DNA from: Octopus bimaculoides
Taxonomy: Eukaryota
DNA length: 64,000 nucleotides
Assembly (NCBI RefSeq): GCF_001194135.2
Contig: NC_068990.1
Span: 54,171,109-54,235,108 of the forward strand
Reading direction: 5' to 3'
This document shows positions 14,040 through 28,107 of this stretch, in pieces. The position numbers and the translations under genes are program-made. The notes beneath the pieces were generated by a model. That model searched no databases. It was not told the DNA's origin and saw nothing but the letters and a program-made list of their open reading frames with translations. Position 1 is the first letter of the stretch. The number at the start of each line of letters is the position of its first letter.

Positions 14040-14205
14040 CATGTGCATGTGTGATGCACGTCTTCCAGTCCTAAATCCATTTACAAGGACATAGTTGGCC
14101 AGGGCTATAGTAGAAGACACATGCCTAAGGTGCCACTGTGTGGTACTTTGAAATCATGTGGTTGGAAAGCAAACTTTTTAACCACACAGCCACACCTACG
14201 CTTGC
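14040..14205 (-). mobile_element. tRNA-derived SINE, family 2 (5' part)
   Basis: ggctatagtagaagacac.tgcc.aaggtgccac...ccacacagccac; same family at ~32825-32930, 40250-40390, 41774-42075, 48870-49165. Confidence 0.75.
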
Positions 14206-15042
14206 AGCTAAGAGAACATTTGTGTGTGTGTGTGTGTGTGTGTGTGTATTCCTACATCTGGTATATGTCTGTGGGAGAGAAAGAAACTTCCATAATATGC
14301 TGAGTTGTATGGAGATCACTTGAAGACTTAGAGAAAACTAGCTTTGCAAATCCTATTGTCCACCCCAAGGGGAATTAAAGATTTCAACTCAGCACTATAA
14401 GTTGCAGAAAAAAAGTAAAAAAACTTGTATAAGTATACAATGTTCTTGTTGTTCACAGATGTGTTTGAAGAATAGTGGAAATACACTCAGTATCTATCAT
14501 CATCACTACCACCACCACCACCACCACCACATCTTCATCAACATATTGATGTCCACTTTTCCACATTTGCAGAGATCAGATAAAACTTGTTGAGACAGAT
14601 TTTTCTACTGCAGATACTCTTTCTTGCACATCAACACAAAAGGAATACACATACATATGCTCCCCCACCCACCATACAATGAACCTATTTCTATCGACCA
14701 CATTTCACTCACAAGACAATGGTCAATATGTACCAATAGTAAACGATAGCAGTGACCATGCAGTAGAAAAATGAACTCAGAACCACCTGGTACCAAGCAA
14801 ACTTTGTAATTACATGACCAATGGATCTGAAACTATTGCATCTCACTGCAAGTAATACTCCATGTCTCTCAAGATAAGACCACTTTAATCTTGCATTTAG
14901 AAATATGGAAGAGATTTCTTTAAATTAGAGTAGTTGTGTTTTAATCCAATTCTTTATCCATTGAAAGGAAACATAGATCATGTTGATTTCAGGGATGACC
15001 ACTTAATTGCTCAATCAACAGAACCACCTATTTATTAAATCA

Positions 15043-15084
<42 letters not shown>

Positions 15085-15595
15085 TATTCCACTGACACTT
15101 TAATGTAATTGTGAGGGAGAATGAATGTGAAACAGTAATGACAATATATGAATTACAGGTACAATTCTTTTGTTGGGCTGTCTAATTTTTGTTTGCAAAG
15201 CTTGGTTTTGATGTGAAGCTATGGTAAAAACTCTTGCCCAAGAAATCAGATTGTAGGATCCAAACCCAGAACCTCATCATTGACAAAGAGACTTTTTAAC
15301 TACTCGGCCTTGCCCGCAACTCTTAGGAGAATTTATACCACCAACAACCAGTTCTCATGATAAAGGACTGTGTAAGAAAGAGAAATGGTAAGAATATACG
15401 TGTGAAAATTAGGAAGAAGAGAATACAAGAAGGTATGTAAGAAAGAGTGAGATACGAAATGAGAAAAGCAAAACAAAATAGTGTGGGAATTAATCTACAT
15501 GTTCTCTTCTATTTATAAACTTACCCTTCCACATTTTCTTTTTCTAGTTACTGAAACAACAATAGTTAAATTTGGCTTGTTAAATGAATACTTAC

Positions 15596-15814
15596 CAGTG
15601 TGTTCAGCCCATTTTACAAACAAATTGGCATCATTTGGTGTCCAGTTTTGGCTAGAACCATGCTTCCAAGGAATGCGGAAGATTTTCTTCTTTTTATCAA
15701 TCCAATGCAAGCCTGGAATGTCTCCAAGATTCAGAAGTCTGCTCAACCAGGGTCGCATACGTTCACGTTCCACAGGGCGTACTCCTCTCCGTTTAACAGC
15801 TGGTTTGGCAATCT
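15596..15814 (-). CDS. IRF: Interferon regulatory factor (IRF1/IRF2-like) exon encoding the N-terminal half of the tryptophan-pentad DNA-binding domain
   Basis: Translation IAKPAVKRRGVRPVERERMRPWLSRLLNLGDIPGLHWIDKKKKIFRIPWKHGSSQNWTPNDANLFVKWAEHTG has all five IRF Trp residues at the correct spacing. Acceptor ttacag| before 15814; donor |GTAAGT after 15596 (phase 1 in the G of HTG). Length 219 nt, phase 1-1. Confidence 0.95.
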
Positions 15815-17189
15815 CTGTAAGTCAAATAAAAATTGTTTCAGAGATTGTTGTAAACATTCACTTCAGAGCTGCCTGTTTTTACATTCTCATATAGAATGGA
15901 CAAATGTTGAGACTAATCTTAACACACAAAGATGTATGGTAACAGCTACCAAAGTCTCATTCCTCTATAATTTATTCAGAGATATTCTAAATTTCCAAGT
16001 TCCAACCTACAAACATTCTACTCCCAACACTCAACAAACTCCCTTCCACCATCCCCACATCTAATGTCTGTCCACCTGAGCACTCAGGTTATGAAGTCAA
16101 TCATTTCTCATGAATAAATCAAACATTTAAACTTTTGCTTCAGTTATCAAAGATCAGAAACTACTATACAGTCACTTGACCTGCTTGAAATAGTAACTAA
16201 ATCTCCCACTACTATCTTAAAAAGGAAAAGACACACATGGTCAGGGCCTACATTGATGACTCGCATCTAAACAACAGAAACTATCAATGTTAACAACTTG
16301 TTGTCATGGTGCCATTATAATAGGGTACCACTGCCTTGTCTTGTGTCAAGGCACAAACAAATTACAAATACTTTGAGGAAAAGATTATGATTCTGCTGGA
16401 GATGGGAAATTCAAGATCTGTTAAGTGATTTCAAATTTTGATAAGGTTGTAACTTGTAAAGTCTAAAACATAGAACTGCAAATTCTTAATGTTTGAATTG
16501 CAGGAGCTGAAACATGAATAAGAGAATGCAATAATTTAAGAGCCTGAAAAAAACCTAAAAACATGCCACATTTGCTGTAATTTTACATCAAAAAACCAAT
16601 ACAAATTCTTCTAACATGTTTTTAAAAAAATATCAGATTAAATGTCTTTATACAATCTATTGAAATCAAAACTTACACTGAAATGTTCTGAATTCCACTA
16701 ATACATTTTAACCAAAGGAGGGCTAGAGGGAGATGAAATGGGTCACAGAGAAAGGAGAATAAGAAGAGCTAGAGGGAGAGAAAGTGGAGCCACAGAGGAA
16801 GGAGAGAAAGAGAGACTAGAAGGAAAGGAAGTGAGATCACAAGTGAAAGAATTCAATACACACAACTAAAGAGTTGTGAAGATTTGTTCAGCATAAAGTC
16901 CAATACTTAAGTCTCTGCCATCTGCAATCCCTTAGAATAACCAATAATAATAAAAGTCAAGAGATGCAGCACGGAATTTTGTCAGTGAACAGGTCACGAT
17001 CTCAAAGCAATGAAAATATTTTGGCAAATTAAATTTAAAAGTTGAAGTGAATCTAACGGTTTTTGTGTGTTTCTTAAATGGCTTATAAACACTGCTTATA
17101 AACACTGCAATTGGTTTCGTTCCAGCACACAATCTCAGATCAGGTCACTAGCTATGCAAGTACATCTCCTTAATAAAAGTAATCCTTTC

Positions 17190-17710
17190 TACAATAGATA
17201 CTCACTAGATGAAAGGCAAAGTTGACCTTGGCAGAATTTGAACTCAGAACAGAGACAGACAAAATGCCACTTACCATTTTGTCTGGTGTGCTACCAATTC
17301 TAAGCCAGCCCACTACCACCAATATTAATTGTTTCTAATTTTATCATAAGGGCAGAAAAAATTTTAAGAAGAGGTGGGGTTAGTTGATATACCAACCTCA
17401 CTGCTTAACTGATAAATTATTTTATCAACTGTGAAAGGGTGAAAGGCAAAACTGATTTCAGTGGGATTTTAACTTAGAATGGTAAGTGCCAGAAGAAATG
17501 CTGCTAAGCATGTGGCCTAATGTGCTAACAATCTTGCCAGCTTGCTGCCTTAATAATAATCCTTTCTACTAAAGGCACAGTGCCTGAAATTTTGGGGGAG
17601 GGGACAGTCGATTAGATCAACTCCAGTGTTCAACTGGTACTTAATTTATCAACCCCCAAAGGATGAAACACGAAGTTGACGTCTGGAATTTGAACTAAGA
17701 TCGGAGCAAC
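17190..17710 (-). mobile_element. Cluster of three family-1 SINE copies
   Basis: Three reverse-complement cores (aaaggcaaagttgacc..gaatttgaactcagaac and variants). Confidence 0.75.
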
Positions 17711-17714
17711 CAAC

Positions 17715-19620
17715 AGTAATAATAACAGTTTCTTTACTAACCACAAGGGTGGTCCATTCACTCACAGCATTCTCCCCACTTTCATCCACCTTCCAGAAAC
17801 TGGCTAGAAGACAACACTTCCCTCTCTACCCTTATTTTCTTTTTCAAGTGAAATTTGAAGAAGTTCATCAGGGACTGGCCGAAGAGAAAAGTGTTTGTCT
17901 TCAGCCCTTTCAATCTCCTCCACCGTACAACTTCTTTCACCATGGCCACCAGGCATTTAAACACTTCCTTTCCTTCCTGGTTAAAGGAAAGTGGCAGGGC
18001 GATCTTCACGATGGATTATCCATCCCAGACGCGACATCAGGTGTTCGACATAAACCAACATAAACCCAGCAATGGTCAGACACTGGACAGGCACATGCAG
18101 GACTGTTTTGTCATCCTGCGCACATCTCAGACATGACTAGTTGACGGCACTTCTGTGCCTGTAAAGTTTATTTTGAACAGGCAAAGCTCCCCAGTAGCAC
18201 TGCCAANNNNNNNNNNNNNNNNNNNNNNNNNNNNNNNNNNNNNNNNNNNNNNNNNNNNNNNNNNNNNNNNNNNNNNNNNNNNNNNNNNNNNNNNNNNNNN
18301 NNNNNNNNNNNNNNNNNNNNNNNNNNNNNNNNNNNNNNNNNNNNNNAGCGGCTAGCTGATCTTCGATGCCCAAGGTCTCCCCAAGAACGTCATCCCACTT
18401 TTCCTCCACTAATCTTTTACAAAAAGCTAAAGTGGATGTTCCACCTATCGCACCATCCAATTGGCTGAGGACTGAGTGCTTGAAGACATTCCACTTTCCA
18501 AATGCTGCCCTTGGTCTGTTTTACTCAGGACTGCATTGTCACCACTATTATTTGATTTATACGAATTTTTGTCATCAGTTTTGGATTCACCATTACCTTC
18601 GAGCCTATTTTTATTTTCATTTTGACTCTTCTGCTGTTGCTGCTGCTGATATTTCGTGCTATTCTGGTCTACCTTTATTTTGTGTCGTGACAGTCAATGC
18701 ATGTTCATTAAAGAAATACGTGTCTGGCAAACAGTGACCACACCTGTTCACTGTCAAGGAAGCACTGGAGATATCATAGCCTCAGTGCATGTCTGAGCAT
18801 CATCAACCCAGATCACCAAGAAGCAGGTGCTAACAGCAGATAGACTGCCTGAATATCAGGACATGTCCCTTCCACAAGAAGGAGAGTATATGCTCCAGCG
18901 TAATCAGACAATGGCCAAGACAAGGCATGACAGTCAAGCAATAATAGATGACCTCTGCTTGACCTTTCAGGGATAGCTTTTTCTCGGCCTGTTTCTGAGT
19001 GAAAGTAGTCACCCTGCTCACTACCTCATCCCAGCTTTTGTCCATCTGGAGGTCCAGACTAAACCAGACCCCAAGCAATTTAACTAATTCATCCATCCAG
19101 TGCCCAATAATGCAGTTGGACAGCATGGACTTGCTTCTCAAGGTGCTAAGCCCACTGATTTTTCCTGGTTAATTGTCACTCCTGAAACCACCCCATAGTC
19201 CCTAAGAGCAGTGTCAATCATTTCTATGTGTTTAAGATCCGACACCACTATGGTGACGTCATTGGCATATGCCAATACACATCTCCCACATCCTAGGTCA
19301 TGTGGGATGCCTCTCAATGCCTCCATTTTATGTAGTAGTGACTCAAGAGTTAGTACACACAAGAGACGAGAGTGGGCAACCTTGCTGGACCGAGCACATA
19401 ATGTTGAACAGCTCTGAGAGGTGAACATTCACTCTGACCACTGAACAGATGTCGCTGTGCATTGCAGCAATCCAGCCCCTGAATACAGGTCTGAAAACCA
19501 GCTGCCTTGAGGACTGCTGCCAGGTATAGATAGTCAACCCTATCAAAAGCTTTAGACTGATCTAAATTGATCAGAGTCCCATCTGTGCCAAGTTTTTTAG
19601 CCACTCTCTCAATTATGTAT
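17715..19620 (-). mobile_element. Decayed L1/Tx1-clade LINE ORF2 (RT and C-terminus)
   Basis: LINLDQSKAFDRVD, SVQQGCPLS, AYANDVT (YADD), NQEKSVGL, VKLLGVWF, LSLKGQAEV in successive broken frames. Confidence 0.88.
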
Positions 19621-19639
19621 CACATGAGGTGGAGGTTGT

Positions 19640-20126
19640 CATGGATGGATCTCTACGGGGTGCCTCCCCTATTAGATTCCTGACAAGAAGTGATAACCTC
19701 GTAGCTAACACCTGGGCCAAAATTTTGAACTCTACTGAAACGCTTCCGAGAAGCAATCAAAGAAAAATGGCCGGGAATGCTCACCAGAGGAGTCCTTTTT
19801 CATCACAACAATGCTCCAGCCCACACCTCAGTAGTTGCCATGGCAACAATCCAGACATAGCCCCCTCTGACTTTCATCTATTCTCAAAAATGAAAAAAGG
19901 CCTGGCTGGTCACCATTTTGCCAGTGACTATAACGTCATAGACGTGGTAGGAAGTTTCTTGGAGTCTCAAACAAAAGAGTTCCTCTATGCCGGGAAAATG
20001 GTGCTTCAGCACCGCTGGAGAAAGTGTTCAGCCATCAAGGGGGAATATGCTGAAAAATAAATCATCAGCAGTTTTGTACTATGTTTTATTTTTTTGAGGC
20101 TCAAGACTTTTCATAAACCCCTCGTA
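19640..20126 (+). mobile_element. mariner transposase 3' half with right TIR
   Basis: REAIKEKWPGMLTRGVLFHHNNAPA and PDIAPSDFHLF...GEYAEK*, ending in ...ttttcataaacccctcgTA. Confidence 0.88.
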
Positions 20127-20139
20127 TATTCAGAATCCA

Positions 20140-21540
20140 TATTATAAAGGTCACCTACCTCTGTGGAAGCTATCAACTAATTCTAGCTTTCCAACCTGGC
20201 ATTGGATGGAGTCTATTTTCTGCACATTTTAGTGTTTATTGTACTAGTGCACCTTCCACACACAAAAACTATTTTCCCTGTTAACCTTCCCCTGATATTG
20301 CTGCACCTCTTATGTGTCCATAGCTTACATTAGATACATCTTATGGAGTTTCTACTTATACCTTTTCTACAGGTCGAGCAGGGCCATCTACCTGAAAGGA
20401 TTTGTGATATGTTCGCTTTCCTACTTACTAAGACTTTGGTTTTTGCTAGATCAACTTTAAGGGCTTTTGATTCTAGACCTTGCTTCCACACCTGAAATTT
20501 CTTCTCTAGTTCTGGAAGTAATTCGGCTATCAGAAGGTCATCAGCATAGAGGAGCTCCCAGAGGTGTCCTGTCTTAAATTCCCCTGTTATCGCCTGGAGA
20601 ACTATGATGAACAAGAGGGGGGGAGCACTGAGAACTGATCTTTGGTGAACCCCTACTTCTACCTTGAATTCATCTCTATACTCATTGCCAACCTTTACCT
20701 TACTGACAGCATCCTTATACATGGCTTGTACAACTCTCACCAACCACTTGTCTATCCCTAGTTAAAGGCTTTCTCCATGTCAACAAAAGCCAAGTATAGA
20801 AGTTTTTTTTTGGCTAAGTACTTCTCCTACAGCTGTCTTACAAGAAATATAGCATCAGTGGTGCTTCTCTCTTGCACAAAACCAAACTGTATCTCATCTA
20901 GACTAATTCTCCTCCTAATTAGTTCAGTTATGACCCTCTCCGTAACTTTCATCACCTGATCCAACAATTTGATACCTCTGTAATTATTTCTGCCTAAGGT
21001 GTCACCGTTACCTTTGTAGCAGTTGACTATGATGCTACAACACCAGTCATAGGGTATGACTCCCTCATGTACAACCAGATTATCTATACGGGTAACTAGA
21101 TCATAACCCACACTGCCAGGTAACCAGACTGTCCATTTCCCATGAGTTCTCTACATTTAGCAGCCTTCCATAGTGGCACTTCCGAGCCTCCTTTTTTGCA
21201 GAGCCACTAACTGCAAGTGAACCCTCATCCATGCAAATAGACTTCTCTCCAACATCACAATTTCCCCTGGCACACTCTCTTGCAAAACAAAGCACTTCAA
21301 GCAGCTGGCCCTCACACTGCAAAACATTAGTAAACTTCTTCCTTTCTAGCTGCCTGATAAAGGTTTTGCAGCCACCACCCTTCCAGTTCTTCCAAGCCTG
21401 TTTCTTTGCTCTAATAGTCCTGTCAACTACATTGTACCACCACCATGTCACCTTAGGCCTGGTTGGGACTTTGCAACAGCCACAAATTTGGTCTGTGGCT
21501 CTCAGCAAATTGTTCCCCACCTCGTAGGAACAAACACAAG
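20140..21540 (-). mobile_element. RTE-clade LINE RT fragment
   Basis: YKGNGDTLGRNNYRGIKLL, QFGFVQERSTTDAIF, GVHQRSVLS.PLLFIIV, ELLYADDL, KVDLAKTKVL. Confidence 0.92.
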
Positions 21541-21554
21541 ACCTGAAATCTGGG

Positions 21555-21750
21555 AGAGGGTTAGTTGATTACATTGACCTAAGTGCTTGACTTGTACTTT
21601 ATTATAATGATCTCAGAAAGAGAAAGGCAAAGTCAACTAGCTGAGGGAGAAAACAGTTGACTTTATCAACCTCAACAGGTGACTGGTACCTTTTTTTTAT
21701 CAACCCCATAGAAGGATAAAAGGTTAAAGTCAACTGCTAATGAGAACAAA
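21555..21750 (-). mobile_element. Family-1 SINE fragments next to an (AAT)n microsatellite (~21792-21832)
   Basis: aaaggcaaagtcaact and ttatcaaccccatagaaggataaaaggttaaagtcaac cores. Confidence 0.65.
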
Positions 21751-21790
21751 TAAACACCACAACACATTCTGTTCTCTGCAACAAGAACAC

Positions 21791-21834
<44 letters not shown>

Positions 21835-22578
21835 TCTCCTTCCACTACCCCCAACACTACCCCAACACTTTTTAAAAATTTCTTTAGTCACTCTTAACTA
21901 CTTAATTCCTATCATTGCAGAAATTTTTGAGTTTGTAAAACTCACCTGTCTCAAAAGCTCACCATCACTCCCACCTCACCCTCTGCTACAAGAAAAAAAA
22001 ATTAAGGCTCACTGGTTTAGTTTCAGGCAGATTCTCATTTATTTAATACTTGGTAACAGTCACCTTATCAATAGTAAAACATAAGCAACAAGTAGGAAGA
22101 GGGCAACAGAACAGTCTGTCAAGTTCCTCTACCCAATAAGAAACAGAGAAAGGAACATTTTTCAACACACCATCGACCTAGTTTTTCTGGTTTGTCCCAA
22201 ATAACTAGCTCTGTCTGTCACTGTCTATTTATTTTTATACCACACACACACACACACAAAGCTTTTTCACTTCAGTTCAATTATTATTCAGACTAGTATT
22301 GTCACTTTTATTATTTTCTGGTCTATTTTAGCCACTAAATTCTAAAACACACTAACATAAATAAAGTCAACAATGGTGAGAATTGAGGGTGATAAGTTCA
22401 CTTTTAATATTCAGCAGTCTTGAAAATCAACCCAGAAAAATAATTTTGGTCAGCTGCTATAAATTACAAAATAACAAAAGCTAACAGTGACAGTGTAATA
22501 GCTAACTGTTTCCTTGAAGCAGCAGTTGGCTGTTGACTAGTCATACAACATACTGCTGCTGCTAATAATAATAATACT

Positions 22579-24367
22579 GTTCTTCCATTTACAGTGTAAC
22601 CCTTTAGCAATTAATCTACCCAATGTAAAGCTTATGTATTCATACTGTTTTGAATTAATCATGTATTGTCTCAGCTTTGAGATTTCAATGTGATGATGAT
22701 GATGTTATTGTCTATTTTTACACTGATGTATAAAATATAACCTAAACTCAAACAACTACACGACCAAATTATTGTAAAGGGAGTTGCAAGTCAACCACAA
22801 AAATAAAATAAAGCCCTAAAGATGGAGCACCTACATGTCACTGAATCTGCTAGAAACAGCAGCCAAAATCTTCAAGACATCCTACTCTCTTCAAAAAAGA
22901 GATGACAACAATAATAAATGGAATGTCTGCTGAATGAGGGGCTGACCTGCAGTTTAAACAACAACTAAATCTAACCCTTCCCCATGCACACACACCACCA
23001 TCACTATAAATATGTCAGCAAGTGCCTTCAGTCACCTATTAACAAATTTACAGGTGAAACAGGATGAAAGATATTGATTGGTAAAAAGTTCAACAACAGC
23101 TGACCTTTAACTCTTGACTAATTTCTCTAAAATATCAATGAAAGAATGAATAGAGGATAATGACATTGTTCAATGCCTTAGTTTTCAAACCACGGTAGTG
23201 GTGGTGATGAACTTTGGCTTGTCAGTAATACATTTCTGAAAACACAAGTCAGACATGTTTAGGGGCATAGCAGTCAGTGGAACTAACCCTAATATGTGAC
23301 TGATACTTATTTTATAATTGAAAAAAGGAAATACTAAATAGAATGAGACGATTTGAACTAAGAACATTAAGAATCTGGTGGAGTGCAGTCCACTGTGCCA
23401 CTAAAAAGGATAAATCTATTTCACCGCCTCCTTGTTCTTTCCTTTTGACATGAGTTTAGATGCCATTCTTGTCACCAACTGTTCTAGATCATAGACTTAG
23501 GAATGCATAAAGGCAATGAGGACTCCGCAAGTAACAAAGATTGATTTTCTTTAATGCCAAGTGGCAAATGAATGGGACAAGTGGTAAAAACTGTCCAATA
23601 TTTGTCAAAAAGAGGGGGAGTGAGAATATAAATGCAAAAGGAAAATGAAACATAAAAAGGCATTGGAGGGGTGATGCATACCCTGTTCAAACACAAGGAT
23701 AAAATAAAATTTAATTTAATAAATATATTCTCAGATGAATTCATATGTCAACAAAATTACACCAAAAGTTATTTCCCTTGCTTATTGTTTATGCATAAGT
23801 AACAAAGAAAAAAAGAAAATTTTGATTCACCTGTCCACCAGTTTTGAAGTTTCAAACCAAAATTTAATGAGTTCAAGTCACTTACCCAATGAGTGTTTCT
23901 GCCAGATTTGGTGAAGATTTCTTCAGCCGTTTTCCAGGAATTTTGCAAACACACAAACAAACAGACCAACACTCTGCTTTCGCTTATGCACACAGGATAA
24001 TAATAATTTGTTATTGTATATAGTGCAGAATTAGTAATGAATTGGTTTAAGGAAACACTCAGCATAAAAGCAATCAATTTTCTTGACTTGAGAGTTTAAC
24101 AGACACAAAATTTAATCTGAAATGTGATTTGTTGAAAATTCACCTTGTGCTCAAAGCACTCACATCCAGTAATTAATTGGCTACACTCCACTGATTCTTA
24201 CAAACACAAAAATCGTGAATAAAGTTCTTCCATTTACAGTGTAACCCTTTAGCAGTTAATCTACCAAATGTAAAGCTTATGTATTCATACTGTTTTGAAT
24301 TAATCATGTATTGTCTCAGCTTTGAGATTTCAATGTGATGATGATGATGTTATTGTCTATTTTTACA
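22579..24367 (+). repeat. Direct repeat pair of ~144 bp (22579-22722 and 24224-24367)
   Basis: Near-identical gttcttccatttacagtgtaaccctttagca...gttattgtctatttttaca; the second copy continues into further MITE-like sequence. Confidence 0.85.
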
Positions 24368-26036
24368 ATGATATTGTAGGATAGATGTTAGAGGCTAGAT
24401 CTGGCCAGTTTGAACACATATGGCTGGAAATAGCCAGTTTAAATGTTTAGCATTAAAAAGGGAAAATCTTTACATCTGACAAGAACAGCAGAAAGTATTC
24501 TCTCAGATATTTCAGAGAACTGAAATACTAAGCAATTCAACATTCCTCAAGGACTTTGTTCATGTCTGCTCACAAAATCTTTGGACCTTTTTATTTAATT
24601 TAATTTATTAATATTAATTCAATGTTTTTTATAGGTCAACTGCCAATTTTAGGAAGTCAATAGAGATTGAGGTGGCAAATGGTTGGCCTAACTGCAGAAA
24701 TACCCAGCCCAGTTTCACTGCTGGGTAAGTGGTCAACTCAGGATGGCCTGAGTAGGCAATTGGTTGACTTCTAAGAAGTATTAAAAAAAGCCAAAACAAA
24801 AAAAAAAAAATTGTGCCATTCAATAGCAACTAGTTACTAAGTCAGTGAGGTGAGCTCTAGAAAGTGTATAAGACAAATCAGTGGTTGTTGGCATCAAGGT
24901 AAATGTGGAAGCTTCAGCTAGAATTCCCAATGTAGCAGTCACAATGATACACAATTCACTTGCCAAAAGAAGTAAATAGATAGACAAAACAATGAAGTGA
25001 AAGAAATAATTCAATCTATTTGGAATGGCAATTATTAATGTAAAATTTCAGTTGGGCATCGAAGTAGGGCAAAAAATGTGTGTACATGCATAAATAAATA
25101 TTTCATTATGTAGGAAAGTACTATGAAGATTCAATTGCATAAAGAATGGGAAGATATATAGCTTGTGCTTTTCTCGAGGGCATATTTAAACCAAAATTTC
25201 CCCTCTCCTTCACTATTATTTTTGTAATAATTCTTTTAACATTTTATCATCAGTATCAGTTGTTTAAATTTTAACAATGTCACAAAGCATATTATATACT
25301 TGTAAATGTGAAATCTTGTGATATCTCTAGTCTTGTTGGTTGCATAATAGTTGAGGAAAAATATATATCTTCCTTCTCTTACTGCTTTTTTTTTTTTTTT
25401 TTTTTTTGCTCAGAACAAACAATTTAAGAAATAAGCCAATAATTTTAGCTTCTTTGGGGTTAAACTGCAATATCTATCTATCTATATGTATGTATCCCCC
25501 TCTCATTCTTCCTTCTGTTACTACTATATCTCTCTCTTCCTCCCTGTCTCTCGTTGCTCACCTATTTTCTACTTCCTCCCCTTTTTTCTCTCTCTACCAC
25601 TCTTTCTCCTTACTCCTCACTGGTCACAGGTGTCCAGCCCTACTTCCTTTCTTCCTTGGCTATCGCCAAGCACACACACAAACTATTCTTCGTCCCTCTT
25701 CGTATAGCCTTTTTTGTTTATTCTATTGTTTTGTTTTCCTGTCTTGTTTTCTGTCCGCCACTACACTCCTCCATGGTACAAATTTTATTTGTGGTCCGTG
25801 GGAAGAGCCATTTTAACGATGTGTCCTGCCCTAACTTTTCGAAGTGCCAGTGTTAGAATGATAGCAGCTGATGAAGGAAATGTTCTCTATGTGGCCTGTG
25901 TGTTTTCTGTACTCTGTTTATCATTTTGTCTACGTTTTGTTTGCAATGTCCTGTACCCAGATATGTATCTATATATACAGGTAGATGTAAGTATGTACAT
26001 ACATGTACGTATATATGCATATACTCATTTATTATT

Positions 26037-26069
<33 letters not shown>

Positions 26070-26622
26070 GAACTATGTGTTAATGGAAAATTTTGTCATG
26101 GAAGGTAAAGGAGGGAACTCCAAACTTCAAACTGATTCAAAATTAGATGGTGACATGCAGTTGCAAGTAAGCTTTGTACTGGTAAATATGGTGATAACAG
26201 TTTCAGTCTGAGACCTTCTAAACAAAATGTAACATGTACTTACAAAATCTTAAAACAACTGACATGATATAGTTTTTATGTAAAACTAATTCAGATTAGA
26301 CAATATAAAGTAATGACTTGAGTTCATTACAAGCCTGCCTGAGACCATACCCTGGTCCTATGATATAAATTTCATGATTTTAAATAAACTAGATGAAAAC
26401 ATCAATCAAAATTTTATGTTAATTTACATTTCAAATACTAGCTAAATAATGACAAAAGTTATTTTACTAAATTCTTTATTATTTTCGAAATTAAATGACA
26501 ATATTTCAGCAGAAATTTGGTAACAAAAGAGTTAAGCATGTCAGCTGTCTGGCATAACAGTATGTTCTTCATGCAGAGGGCAAACCTGGAAAAATTTTCC
26601 AGTGCTATGATAATTGCAGTTC

Positions 26623-28107
26623 ATCATCATCATCATCATCGTTTAACGTCCGCTTTCCATGCTAGCATGGGTTGGACGATTTGACTGAGGACTGGTGAAA
26701 CCGGATGGCAACACCAGGCTCCAGTCTGATTTGGCAGAGTTTCTACAGCTGGATGCCCTTCCTAACGCCAACCACTCAGAGAGTGTAGTGGGTGCTTTTA
26801 CGTGTCACCCGCACGAAAACGGCCACGCTCGAAATGGTGTCTTTTATGTGCCACCCGCACAAGCCAGTCCAGGGGCACTGGCAACGATCTCGCTCGAAAA
26901 TCCTACAGGAGCCNNNNNNNNNNNNNNNNNNNNNNNNNNNNNNNNNNNNNNNNNNNNNNNNNNNNNNNNNNNNNNNNNNNNNNNNNNNNNNNNNNNNNNN
27001 NNNNNNNNNNNNNNNNNNNNNNNNNNNNNNNNNNNNNNNNNNNNNNNNNNNNNNNNNNNNNNNNNNNNNNNNNNNNNNNNNNNNNNNNNNNNNNNNNNNN
27101 NNNNNNNNNNNNNNNNNNNNNNNNNNNNNNNNNNNNNNNNNNNNNNNNNNNNNNNNNNNNNNNNNNNNNNNNNNNNNNNNNNNNNNNNNNNNNNNNNNNN
27201 NNNNNNNNNNNNNNNNNNNNNNNNNNNNNNNNNNNNNNNNNNNNNNNNNNNNNNNNNNNNNNNNNNNNNNNNNNNNNNNNNNNNNNNNNNNNNNNNNNNN
27301 NNNNNNNNNNNNNNNNNNNNNNNNNNNNNNNNNNNNNNNNNNNNNNNNNNNNNNNNNNNNNNNNNNNNNNNNNNNNNNNNNNNNNNNNNNNNNNNNNNNN
27401 NNNNNNNNNNNNNNNNNNNNNNNNNNNNNNNNNNNNNNNNNNNNNNNNNNNNNNNNNNNNNNNNNNNNNNNNNNNNNNNNNNNNNNNNNNNNNNNNNNNN
27501 NNNNNNNNNNNNNNNNNNNNNNNNNNNNNNNNNNNNNNNNNNNNNNNNNNNNNNNNNNNNNNNNNNNNNNNNNNNNNNNNNNNNNNNNNNNNNNNNNNNN
27601 NNNNNNNNNNNNNNNNNNNNNNNNNNNNNNNNNNNNNNNNNNNNNNNNNNNNNNNNNNNNNNNNNNNNNNNNNNNNNNNNNNNNNNNNNNNNNNNNNNNN
27701 NNNNNNNNNNNNNNNNNNNNNNNNNNNNNNNNNNNNNNNNNNNNNNNNNNNNNNNNNNNNNNNNNNNNNNNNNNNNNNNNNNNNNNNNNNNNNNNNNNNN
27801 NNNNNNACAAACAAAAACTAACTTGCTAGTTAACCTGCCTTTGATGTTGCTGCACCTCTTATGTGTCCATAGCTTGCACCGGGTACATCTTATAGAGTTA
27901 CTACCTACTCCTTTTCTACATACTGAGCAGGGCCATCTACCTGAAGGGGTTTGTGTTTTATCTACCTTCCTACTTATTAGGATTTTGGTTTTAGCTAGGT
28001 TGACTCTAAGGCCCTTCAATTCTAGACCTTGCTTCCACACCTGAAACTTCTCCTCTAGTTCTGATAGTGACTCCGCAATTAGGGCAAGGTCATCAGCATA
28101 GAGGAGT
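26623..28107 (-). mobile_element. Young RTE LINE 3' portion spanning an assembly gap
   Basis: LLYADDLAL...WKQGLELKGLRVNLAKTKIL...GRWPCSVCRKGVGSNSIRC; 3' UTR and (GAT)n tail at 26623-26912. Confidence 0.9.

Noticed and set aside
13540-14900. Two short related fragments (ctgcaagtaatactcca.gtctct...ccactttaatc at ~13543 and ~14845)
   Set aside because: Probably old TE debris; too short to classify.
23413-23465. Possible IRF first coding exon MASKLMSKGKNKEA
   Set aside because: Weak donor, and phase 0 would require an unfavourable GAG acceptor; no support.
25840-25890. CTGATGAAGG as a third hammerhead
   Set aside because: I could not build stem II followed by GAAA or a matching stem I.
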